DNA of 64,000 nucleotides from Octopus sinensis (lineage: Eukaryota). The notes beneath the pieces are model-generated. The model was not told where the DNA came from. It was given only the letters and a program-made list of their open reading frames with translations, and made no database searches. Position 1 is the stretch's first letter, and every line of letters begins with the position of its first letter. Both the position numbers and the translations under genes were made by a program. Below are positions 1-10,217 of the stretch, piece after piece. The DNA lies in the NCBI RefSeq assembly GCF_006345805.1, contig NC_042999.1, positions 158,906,001 through 158,970,000 of the forward strand, in the 5' to 3' direction.

Positions 1-549
1 GAACCTGGTATTTCTAGTCGCCCAGTTATATTTGCTTTTCCATTTTCTCTAAAATATTCTCACTGTTTTTTAGATCGTTCTCTCTCTTTTACACTATTAT
101 TCTTTATCCCTCTATTATTCCTATATAAATTTTCTGCCTCTACCTCACATACGCAAACACATATAATCAGTCAAATGTATACGATAACTCTCACATTTTC
201 GTTTTCATTATTACACTTGTACCATTATTTCAGCTAGAGTTTCCTTATCATAATCAATCTCTGACTCTTTCTGTCCCGATTTCTATTTCACTCTTTCAGC
301 GATACAGACCAAGACTTTTATATCTTTCGATTATATCTTTATCTTTACACCACTCGAAATGTCTCAGAATGTATTAAAATGTAATGAACTAAAGCAGAGG
401 CAGTTCCGTTGTCCGATATTTATTCAGAATTCAGAATTTCTAATCAAACTTCAGTTGCTCTTTCAATCAACTCTTAGATTCAGATTCTCATACTTCACAA
501 CATATTTCAGTTAAGGTAACAAATGTTAAAGTGTATGCATAATTATACA

Positions 550-680
550 AGAATATACAACACACACATATACATAACACACAAATACATAACCCACATA
601 TATACATACATACATACATAAATACATATCTTTCTATTTATACACACACACACTCACACACACACACACACACACACACG
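550..680. repeat. (CA)n/(TACA)n compound microsatellite
   Basis: Visible ACACAC and TACATACA runs. Confidence 0.9.
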
Positions 681-959
681 TATAATACTGCTTTTAATTT
701 ATAATCAACGGTTAAATTTATAGGGAGACGATGTTTTCGTATCTTTGTGATGAGAGTTATTTATACTCAAGCTGTGAAGGTTAGGCGGCAGTCGATTATA
801 TTGTATGAATCAAAATAGTGGAGAACCATTTATTTTCCGAAATCCAGAAAGATGAAAAACAATTTCAGTTGAGGCTGGTATTAGACAAAAACGTAGGTGA
901 ATAAATGGCGCCAAACAATCTGAACGGCACCGTAAGTCTCCTTTTACTGCCATATGTAT

Positions 960-972
960 GTACGTCTGTGTG

Positions 973-1035
<63 letters not shown>
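960..1035. repeat. (TA)n(GA)n compound microsatellite
   Basis: Visible dinucleotide runs; source of the spurious ERERER/LSLSLS ORFs. Confidence 0.95.
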
Positions 1036-1038
<3 letters not shown>

Positions 1039-1233
1039 ATAGTGGTACAACAATGCACCAATGTTTACTGGAAATAGCAGTCGATAATGTATATATAAAG
1101 GAAATAAGTAACAAGGATAACAAGGTATTAATGCACTAATGCCTTGACATCCTTGTTACTTATTTGCTTTCTACTCACCTTACCGGACAGACTTGGTGCC
1201 TGAACTTAAATACCTAATTGAACCGATTCTCAA

Positions 1234-1770
<537 letters not shown>

Positions 1771-1919
1771 ATATATATATATATATATATATTAACAATT
1801 AAGGAACGCCATAATAGGCCATCACAGCATCACCCACTAGAAATAACAGCCAAAGCTTCTACCGCAATAAAGATTAATTCCGTAAACAGGAGAAAATTAA
1901 AAAAAACATTTACCCTGTA

Positions 1920-2026
1920 ATTTCTTGTACGGTATACCGTTTCATCCGCTGTTTAATGGTAAACTAACCTGATTAAATTAAATCAAGCCAATCCTCCATA
2001 AGCCCTCGGATTCTTCAGCAAGAAAT
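1920..2026 (-). ncRNA. Type I hammerhead ribozyme, array copy L1
   Basis: Reverse complement of ATTTCTTG-CTGAAGA-ATCCG-(58 nt)-CGGAT-GAA-ACGG-TATA-CCGT-A-CAAGAAAT; predicted cut between 1928 and 1927. Confidence 0.88.
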
Positions 2027-2415
2027 AGCTCAAGTCGGGACAGATATATACACGAGGCATACCCAATCTTGCCAAGTCAATATCTGACCTAAAATTTTCA
2101 AATCGTCGCACTCGCGCCAAATTTATCGGCAGCAAATAGATATCAGCCGTCGATTCCATTACGGAATTAACCAAAAAATTCATAATTAATCAATATAGGG
2201 TGGCAAGGAAAATTTTGTAGAATTTTATTGCCACCAGCGGCTCAGTGGGAAAAAATTTAAATAGTCATGGACCATTTTTAAGTTCAACATTAACAATTAA
2301 GGAACGGCCATAATAGGCCATTCACCCACTAGAAATAACAGCCAAAGCTTCTACTCTACCGCAATAAAGATTAATTCCGTAAACAGGAGAAAATTAAAAA
2401 AACATTTACCCTGTA

Positions 2416-2522
2416 ATTTCTTGTACGGTATACCGTTTCATCCGCTGTTTAATGGTAAACTAACCTGATTAAATTAAATCAAGCCAATCCTCCATAAGCC
2501 CTCGGATTCTTCAGCAAGAAAT
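2416..2522 (-). ncRNA. Type I hammerhead ribozyme, array copy L2
   Basis: Same motif with all core positions intact. Confidence 0.88.
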
Positions 2523-2908
2523 AGCTCAAGTCGGGACAGATATATACACGAGGCATACCCAATCTTGCCAAGTCAATATCTGACCTAAAATTTTTCAAAT
2601 CGTCGCACTCGCGCCAAATTTATCGGCAGCAAATAGATATCAGCCGTCGATTCCATTACGGAATTAACCAAAAAATTCATAATTAATCAATATAGGGTGG
2701 CAAGGAAAATTTTGTAGAATTTTATTGCCACCAGCGGCTCAGTGGGAAAAAATTTAAATAGTCATGGACCATTTTTAAGTTCAACATTAACAATTAAGGA
2801 ACGGCCATAATAGGCCATTCACCCACTAGAAATAACAGCCAAAGCTTCTACCGCAAATAAAGATTAATTCCGTAAACAGGAGAAAATTAAAAAAACATTT
2901 ACCCTGTA

Positions 2909-3015
2909 ATTTCTTGTACGGTATACCGTTTCATCCGCTGTTTAATGGTAAACTAACCTGATTAAATTAAATCAAGCCAATCCTCCATAAGCCCTCGGAT
3001 TCTTCAGCAAGAAAT
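2909..3015 (-). ncRNA. Type I hammerhead ribozyme, array copy L3
   Basis: Same motif with all core positions intact. Confidence 0.88.
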
Positions 3016-3284
3016 AGCTCAAGTCGGGACAGATATATACACGAGGCATACCCAATCTTGCCAAGTCAATATCTGACCTAAAATTTTCAAATCGTCGCAC
3101 TCGCGCCAAATTTATCGGCAGCAAATAGATATCAGCCGTCGATTCCATTACGGAATTAACCAAAAAATTCATAATTAATCAATATAGGGCGCAATATAGG
3201 TGCGACGATTTGAAAATTTTAGGTCAGATATTGACTTGGCAAGATTGGGTATGCCTCGTGTATATATCTGTCCCGACTTGAGCT

Positions 3285-3391
3285 ATTTCTTGCTGAAGAA
3301 TCCGAGGGCTTATGGAGGATTGGCTTGATTTAATTTAATCAGGTTAGTTTACCATTAAACAGCGGATGAAACGGTATACCGTACAAGAAAT
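3285..3391 (+). ncRNA. Type I hammerhead ribozyme, array copy R1
   Basis: Stem I 3285-3292/3384-3391; CTGAAGA 3293-3299; stem II 3300-3304/3363-3367; GAAA 3368-3371; stem III ACGG/CCGT with TATA loop; GTA triplet, cut after 3383. Confidence 0.9.
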
Positions 3392-3775
3392 TACAGGGTA
3401 AATGTTTTTTTAATTTTCTCCTGTTTACGGAATTAATCTTTATTTGCGGTAGAAGCTTTGGCTGTTATTTCTAGTGGGTGAATGGCCTATTATGGCCGTT
3501 CCTTAATTGTTATGTTGAACTTAAAAATGGTCCATGACTATTTAAATTTTTTCCCACTGAGCCGCTGGTGGCAATAAAATTCTACAAAATTTTCCTTGCC
3601 ACCCTATATTGATTAATTATGAATTTTTTGGTTAATTCCGTAATGGAATCGACGGCTGATATCTATTTGCTGCCGATAAATTTGGCGCGAGTGCGACGAT
3701 TTGAAAATTTTAGGTCAGATATTGACTTGGCAAGATTGGGTATGCCTCGTGTATATATCTGTCCCGACTTGAGCT

Positions 3776-3881
3776 ATTTCTTGCTGAAGATCCGAGGGCT
3801 TATGGAGGATTGGCTTGATTTAATTTAATCAGGTTAGTTTACCATTAAACAGCGGATGAAACGGTATACCGTACAAGAAAT
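3776..3881 (+). ncRNA. Type I hammerhead ribozyme, array copy R2 (1-nt deletion at base of stem II)
   Basis: CTGAAGA-TCCG instead of CTGAAGA-ATCCG; cut predicted after 3873. Confidence 0.8.
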
Positions 3882-4263
3882 TACAGGGTAAATGTTTTTT
3901 TAATTTTCTCCTGTTACGGAATTAATCTTTATTTGCGGTAGAAGCTTTGGCTGTTATTTCTAGTGGGTGAATGGCCTATTATGGCCGTTCCTTAATTGTT
4001 AATGTTGAACTTAAAAGTGGTCCATGATTATTTAAATTTTTTCCCACTGAGCCGCTGGTGGCAATAAAATTCTACAAAATTTTCCTTGCCACCCTATATT
4101 GATTAATATGAATTTTTTGTTAATTCCGTAATGGAATCGACGGCTGATATCTATTTGCTGCCGATAAACTTGGCGCGAGTGCGACGATTTGAAAATTTTA
4201 GGTCAGATATTGACTTGGCAAGATTGGGTATGCCTCGTGTATATATCTGTCCCGACTTGAGCT

Positions 4264-4370
4264 ATTTCTTGCTGAAGAATCCGAGGGCTTATGGAGGATT
4301 GGCTTGATTTAATTTAATCAGGTTAGTTTACCATTAAACAGCGGATGAAACGGTATACCGTACAAGAAAT
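4264..4370 (+). ncRNA. Type I hammerhead ribozyme, array copy R3
   Basis: Intact motif; cut predicted after 4362. Confidence 0.88.
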
Positions 4371-4755
4371 TACAGGGTAAATGTTTTTTTAATTTTCTCC
4401 TGTTTACGGAATTAATCTTTATTTGCGGTAGAAGCTTTGGCTGTTATTTCTAGTGGGTGAATGGCCTATTATGGCCGTTCCTTAATTGTTAATGTTGAAC
4501 TTAAAAATGGTCCATGACTATTTAAATTTTTTCCCACTGAGCCGCTGGTGGCAATAAAATTCTACAAAATTTTCCTTGCCACCCTATATTGATTAATCAT
4601 GAATTTTTTGGTTAATTCCGTAATGGAATCGACGGCTGATATCTATTTGCTGCCGATAAACTTGGCGCGAGTGCGACGATTTGAAAATTTTAGGTCAGAT
4701 ATTGACTTGGCAAGATTGGGTATGCCTCGTGTATATATCTGTCCCGACTTGAGCT

Positions 4756-4862
4756 ATTTCTTGCTGAAGAATCCGAGGGCTTATGGAGGATTGGCTTGAT
4801 TTAATTTAATCAGGTTAGTTTACCATTAAACAGCGGATGAAACGGTATACCGTACAAGAAAT
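4756..4862 (+). ncRNA. Type I hammerhead ribozyme, array copy R4
   Basis: Intact motif; cut predicted after 4854. Confidence 0.88.
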
Positions 4863-5159
4863 TACAGGGTAAATGTTTTTTTAATTTTCTCCTGTTTACG
4901 GAATTAATCTTTATTTGCGGTAGAAGCTTTGGCTGTTATTTCTAGTGGGTGAATGGCCTATTATGGCCGTTCCTTAATTGTTAATGTTGAACTTAAAAAT
5001 GGTCCATGACTATTTAAATTTTTTCCCACTGAGCCGCTGGTGGCAATAAAATTCTACAAAATTTTCCTTGCCACCCTATATTGATTAATTATATATATAT
5101 ATATATATATATAATGTTATATTCCAGGATAGCCATTCCTTCTCTTTTTTTGCCAAATA

Positions 5160-5290
5160 AACACACGCACTAACTGATGTACGCAAATCTTTCGTCACAC
5201 ATCTGTGACATCTTCAGCGACACTTTCCGTTCTCGTGTATGCTCCTGCTCCGCTTAGTCTATCCTTATCTGCGCATGCGTTTTCATTTGT
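5160..5290 (-). mobile_element. PLE pseudo-LTR relic with partial hammerhead-like motif
   Basis: Reverse complement is homologous to 6640-6830; contains CTGAAGA-T-GTCAC-AGATGT-GTGAC-GAAA (5217 to 5190). Confidence 0.55.
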
Positions 5291-5422
5291 ATCTGTGTAT
5301 ATATGTGTGCGCATGTGTGTCTCTTCGTTTGTGTGTGTGTGATTTGTGTGTCTGTGTTTGTGTCTGTGCATGTGCTTGCGTGTGCGTACGCGCGTCTATG
5401 TGTTTCGCATGTGTGCTTACAT

Positions 5423-5811
5423 ACTCTTTTACTCTTTTACTTTTTTCAGTCATTTGACTGCGGCCATGCTGGTGCACCGCCTTTAGTCGAGCAAATCGAC
5501 CCCGGGACTTATTCTTTGTAAGCCCAGTACTTATTCTATCGGTCTCTTTTGCCGAACCGCTAAGTAACGGGGACGTAAACACACCAGTATCGGTTGTCAA
5601 GCAATGCTAGGGGGGACAAACACAGACACACAAACATATACATATATACGACAGGCTTCTTTCAGTTTCCGTCTACCGAATCCACCCACAAGGCATTGGT
5701 CGGCCCGGGGCTATAGCAGAAGACACTTGCCCAAGATGCTACCCAGTGGGACTGAACCCGGAACCATGTGGTTGGTTAGCAAGCTACTTACCACACAGCC
5801 ACTCCAGCGCC
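5423..5811 (-). mobile_element. tRNA-derived SINE, family A
   Basis: Reverse complement of the 1343-1770 family with (TACTCTTT)n tail. Confidence 0.9.
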
Positions 5812-6254
5812 TATATATATATGTCTATATATATATATGGGCTTACTCACTAGACTGCTTATATCCGTACCCTTTATATTGTTGTTATCGTTGTCGTCCT
5901 TAGTGGTACTTTGACTCTCTCCTCACCTATGTTTTCGCTCCTTTTGCTGCTACTGCTGCTGCTCTTGATCCTTGCTTTTGATATTGTTCTTGTGTCTTTC
6001 TGTGTTTGTATGTTTGATGGCATTGTTATAGTGGTTATTGCTGTTGTTGTTGCCGTTGTTGGTGTTGTTCATGCTGTTGTAGTTTCTGAAGTTGATGTGT
6101 GTTTGTTTGTATGTCTATATAGGTTTGCTTACTATGTTTTTGGTACCCGCGCCCTTTATATAGTATAATTTTTTGTTTCATATATTTTTCATAAGTATGT
6201 GCATATTTGTCTCTTGTGTATGTATTACATTGTTTGTACCTGTGTTCTTTCCCC

Positions 6255-6835
6255 TATGTGTCGTGTGTAGTCCTCGTGTTGTTTTGTGTAGGAGAGCGAA
6301 CAGGCGACCACTGGTGAGGGCTCAAAGAGAAAAAAAGGCTCGTCAGTGCTCTACCAGCATGCTCAAGCAGAACATAGAGGCTCGGTTAATAACATAGAAG
6401 TTAAGGTGTTATTAACGCATTGAACTAAAACTACACTTAGATTACAGAGACCAGACATGTAATAAGAGAGACCGAGCTTCAACAGAAAACACGAATGGAA
6501 CAATAACACCCCCACCATCACCACATGCACACACACACACACACAGACACACACACACACACACACACAAAACACACTGATAATCACACATATGCACACA
6601 AACGCACACACACACACCAAACACACATATACAGACATAGGCGCATGCACAGATAAGGATGCACATCAACGACGGACAAAATGGACTAAGTGGAGCAAGA
6701 GTATACACGAGGAAGGTGAGTGTCACTGAAGAGGTCACAGATGTGTGACGAGAGATTTCCGAACAATGGAAACGAATTGAAATACGAATTATAATAAACG
6801 AGTGAAGAACGAATATATAGTGCGTGTGTCTAGTT
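6255..6835 (+). mobile_element. Penelope-like element 3' relic (GIY-YIG C-terminus, CA tract, pLTR)
   Basis: By-eye translation gives xVGE..RPLVR..E then SALYQHAQAEH..IEVKVL..PSFNRKHEW, like PLE GIY-YIG C-termini; hammerhead-like motif at 6726-6753. Confidence 0.6.
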
Positions 6836-6863
6836 GGCAAAAAAAAGAAAAGAAATACAACAA

Positions 6864-7055
6864 GGCGGCGAGATGGCAGAAATATTAGCACACCAGATGA
6901 AATGCTTAGCGGTATTTCGTCTGTCTTTACGTTTTGAGTTCAAATTCCGCCGAGGTCGACTTGGCCTTCCATCCTTTTCTTGGGTCGATCTAATCGACTG
7001 GCTCCAAAAATGTCGGCCCTTGTGCCAAGAGTACAAAAGAATATCTGTTTGAAAA
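6864..7055 (+). mobile_element. tRNA-related SINE, family B
   Basis: GGCGGCGAGATGGCAGAAAT...GAGTTCAAATTCCGCCGAGGTCGAC; many copies in the window. Confidence 0.85.
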
Positions 7056-7097
7056 CATAACTTCACATCTGGAATATTACAACACAAACTCATAAAC

Positions 7098-7155
<58 letters not shown>

Positions 7156-7289
7156 TGAGAGAGCGAGAGCGAGAGAGAGAGAGATGCAAATATACATATG
7201 TTGATACATACACACGTACACATATATACGCACATGCACATATACGCAGACAAACACACATGTATGCATATATATATATATATATATAT

Positions 7290-7500
7290 TTATATTATAC
7301 CGGAGTAAACACATAACTGTGAAACAAGGTGGAAAGAAAGTACTCAAATACCAGGGGTAGAGTAATATGTTTTATTTAAAAGCAACAGAAATTTAACAAA
7401 ACCTGTTACTCGGAGTTTTAACAAAATTGTCCGACGAACGGGAACGTGAAACTCCGAGTAACAGGTTTTGTTGAATTTGTGGTGGTTTTAAATATAGTAT
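7290..7500. mobile_element. Head-to-head PLE pLTR pair in a TA tract
   Basis: 7290-7418 is the reverse complement of the pLTR also seen at 15590-15740; 7419-7500 is on +; the arms share AAACTCCGAGTAACAGGTTTTGTT. Confidence 0.75.
7420..7472 (+). ncRNA. Minimal PLE-type hammerhead ribozyme (U4C core variant)
   Basis: AACAAAATTGT-CCGACGA-ACG-GGAA-CGT-GAA-ACTC-C-GAGT-A-ACAGGTTTTGTT; stem I pairs TGT/ACA and AACAAAA/TTTTGTT; cut predicted after 7460. Confidence 0.7.
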
Positions 7501-7751
7501 ATATATCATATACATATGTATATATAACATACCAACTTAAAGACAGAAGAGGGAACATACAAGAATTTCTTATTAATCACAATTCTTTCTACACATCTAG
7601 CATAGGTTCCTCATGTGTGGGACACACATGGATTAATAACTACAACTCGTTAAAATAACTGCTCCACAATGTAACTTAGCGTTTTGTAGAAAGTCAGAAG
7701 TCTTGTCCCATGTTTTGTTTTTTGAGGTTCAAGACTTTTCATACACACCTC

Positions 7752-7755
<4 letters not shown>

Positions 7756-7816
<61 letters not shown>

Positions 7817-7880
7817 TATATGTACATACATATATAAGCATATATCAATATACATACATACATACATACATAGATACATA
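7756..7880. repeat. (TA)n/(TACA)n microsatellite
   Basis: Visible runs. Confidence 0.95.
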
Positions 7881-8127
7881 CATTTATATTTACACATGCA
7901 AGTGGTAGTCTGTCGATGAGGCAGTTAGGTATCAACACTTACCAGGAATTTTCAGCAGAAGAGGGGACAAGAATTCGCACTTTGACTAGGAGACGACCTG
8001 TCGGTGGGTGGACAGGGCATTGGAATTAATGGGTTACTCTATTCGTTTTGGCTGATTATGCATCGAGTTCAAATTTTGTCTTTTGCTTCTTCGAGTTGAA
8101 TGAAATTAAAGTATCACTCAATATTGG

Positions 8128-8718
8128 TGCATTAATCAACTAGAATACTAATAGTAGTTAACTGTAGCAGAAATAGTTTTATTGAAAATTTTAATTACAT
8201 CATTTTTCGTTGCTTTGACTTAAAGTAAACCTTGAGGCATTCTTATACGAAATTTTTTATTGTTAGAATCTTGTATGATGATCAATGCTGGAATACTAAG
8301 AGCGGTGAATAGAAACTATCTTACCCTTCAATCATTTTTTTACTGATTCTAGTTGTCTAATGATAACAATGTAAACACAATGTTATAACTGTCCATTGTA
8401 GAACAATATTCATTTCTAATTAGAGGGTAATTGAAGAACAGACAAAATAATGTTCTCGCTGAGGGTTAAATAACTTAAACAGCCTTTTAATATATATATT
8501 ACAGAGTGAGATTTCACTTCCTTTGTTTATTTCCTTCTCTCTCCTTCATCTACTTTCTTCCTCGAGAATAAATCAGTTGTGTTCGAATCTTCAGTGTGAG
8601 GAGTTCAAGCCAATGAAAATAGAAATAATACATAAACTCATAATGATTATAACATTACTGTCATCGTACTAGTATCTTAATATTATCATAACTTTACAGA
8701 AACATAAACTAACTACTA
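8128..8718 (+). repeat. ~590-bp inverted repeat, left copy (partner 14585-15187)
   Basis: Direct base-by-base comparison with the reverse complement of 14585-15187. Confidence 0.92.
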
Positions 8719-8983
8719 AACTAAATTCTTCTCGTCAAATCTTTTCGTCTTACGCCTAAATAGGAAACCACTGTCGCCATTCTTACTGAATTATGAAAAT
8801 TCTTGAATGACCGCTCTTGCTTTAATTTCTCTGTGATTTATTCAACCGTGTGAGGAAGTGGCGAAAACTTTGCTCTAAAATCTCTTGTGAAATCAAGAAC
8901 ACATGATATATTAATTTTAGCACCTGTAAATACTTCAATTATTGCTTCATATATCTGAAATATATAAAAGCATGAAAGCCGGT

Positions 8984-9325
8984 GAAGGCATACGGCTCAT
9001 GGTTAGAGTGCCAGGCTCACAAATATGAAGTAGTGAGTTCGATTCATGGACCAGGCTGTGTGTTGTGTTCTTCAGTAAGACACTTTATTTCACGTTGCTG
9101 CAGTTCACTCATCTGTAGAAATGAGTTGCAAAGTTATTGGTGCCATGCTGTATAGGCCTTTCCCTTTCCCTTGGATAACATCGCTGGCGCTGCGTGGCGA
9201 GGGGCGGCTGGTATGCATGCGCGACTGCAGGTCTTCCATAAACAACCTTGACTGGACTTGTACCTCGTAGGGTAACTCTCTAGGTGCAATCCTACGGTCG
9301 ATAAAGAAGGGGGTCTTTACGCTTT
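8984..9325 (+). mobile_element. tRNA-derived SINE, family C, with 12-bp target-site duplication
   Basis: TSD ATGAAAGCCGGT at 8972-8983 and 9326-9337; A/B-box head GGCTCATGGTTAGAGTG...GAGTTCGATTC. Confidence 0.8.
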
Positions 9326-10009
9326 ATGAAAGCCGGTAATTGTTAATGCTGTTGTAGTGTTTGCTCCCTTTTTTATTCGACAAATCCATTATGTCGAAAA
9401 GTAACTATTTTATCTCGCTGATATTTGGAAATACCTTAATAAACATTGATGAATTGTCTGAATATACCACCTGTTCTTATCACTTATTCAACATTTATAA
9501 AGGCTGCTGTATAAACATTTAGCTAGGAGGATGCCAGGACACATTTATGTTTGTCTAAATATGTATCTACATTGTGAAGGATTTTCAAAAGAGTACTAAA
9601 TAATTTGTTTCGGCATTATTTGCGAGTAAGACTTAAAATCATTTCTAGTTCAATATACTAATGTTTTAGAATGACATATGCCGTCAAGATTGTAGATAGA
9701 AAGGCGGTTGCAATAATATGGAGGGTAGTCTGGCGTATTTAGACTGCTATTTACTTTCTGCTTCCTATGGACACAGGGAACTTCTTAGTGTAACTGTTGA
9801 TCAACTTAACACTATTTCTACAAAATACTTTATTTGAACATTTTACAGTGATTTGAACATTTAAAGATGTAAAGAAATCTTGACTTTGTTGGAACGAACT
9901 TTTAGACTATAGTGGCGATTATACTAAATGACATTTCGTTTCCGACCATTGCCTGCATAAGGTAATTTATTTGTCAGGGTACTTTAATGTTATCATTGCA
10001 ATAATCTTT

Positions 10010-10217
10010 TCTGCAAGTGGCATATGGCCTGATATTCGGGGTAAGGGGGCTAGTCGATTACATCGACCCCAACACTTGACTGGTACTTGTTTTATCTACT
10101 CAATAAGAATGAAAGGTAAAGTCAACATCTGCGGAATTTAAAGTGAGAACATAAAGACGCACAGAATACCGCTAACCCGTTTCTCCAGCGTGCAAACGAG
10201 TCTGAGATCTGGCTACC
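10010..10217 (-). mobile_element. SINE family B, degenerate
   Basis: GTCGATTACATCGACCCC...GAAAGGTAAAGTCAAC...GCGGAATTT matches the family B reverse complement. Confidence 0.75.

Larger units (their letters stand above)
1791..5090. mobile_element. Head-to-head tandem array of ~490-bp hammerhead-ribozyme units (retrozyme-like), flanked by (TA)n
   Basis: Unit starts at 1791, 2289, 2786 (left arm); unit ends at ~3513, 4003, 4493, 4985 (right arm, reverse complement); inversion junction 3189-3201; (TA)n at 1771-1790 and 5091-5112. Confidence 0.9.

Noticed and set aside
4180-4200. GCGACGA-TTT-GAAA as a second minimal hammerhead in the unit
   Set aside because: The core is non-canonical and no stem I can be formed.
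1791-5090. CRISPR array or ordinary satellite
   Set aside because: Units are near-identical over their full length with no unique spacers, the context is eukaryotic, and each unit carries a ribozyme.
1791-5090. Viroid-like ambisense ribozyme pair
   Set aside because: No CUGANGA...GAAA core on the opposite strand of the unit (only CTGATTA and CTGACCT); the minus-strand copies come from the inversion.
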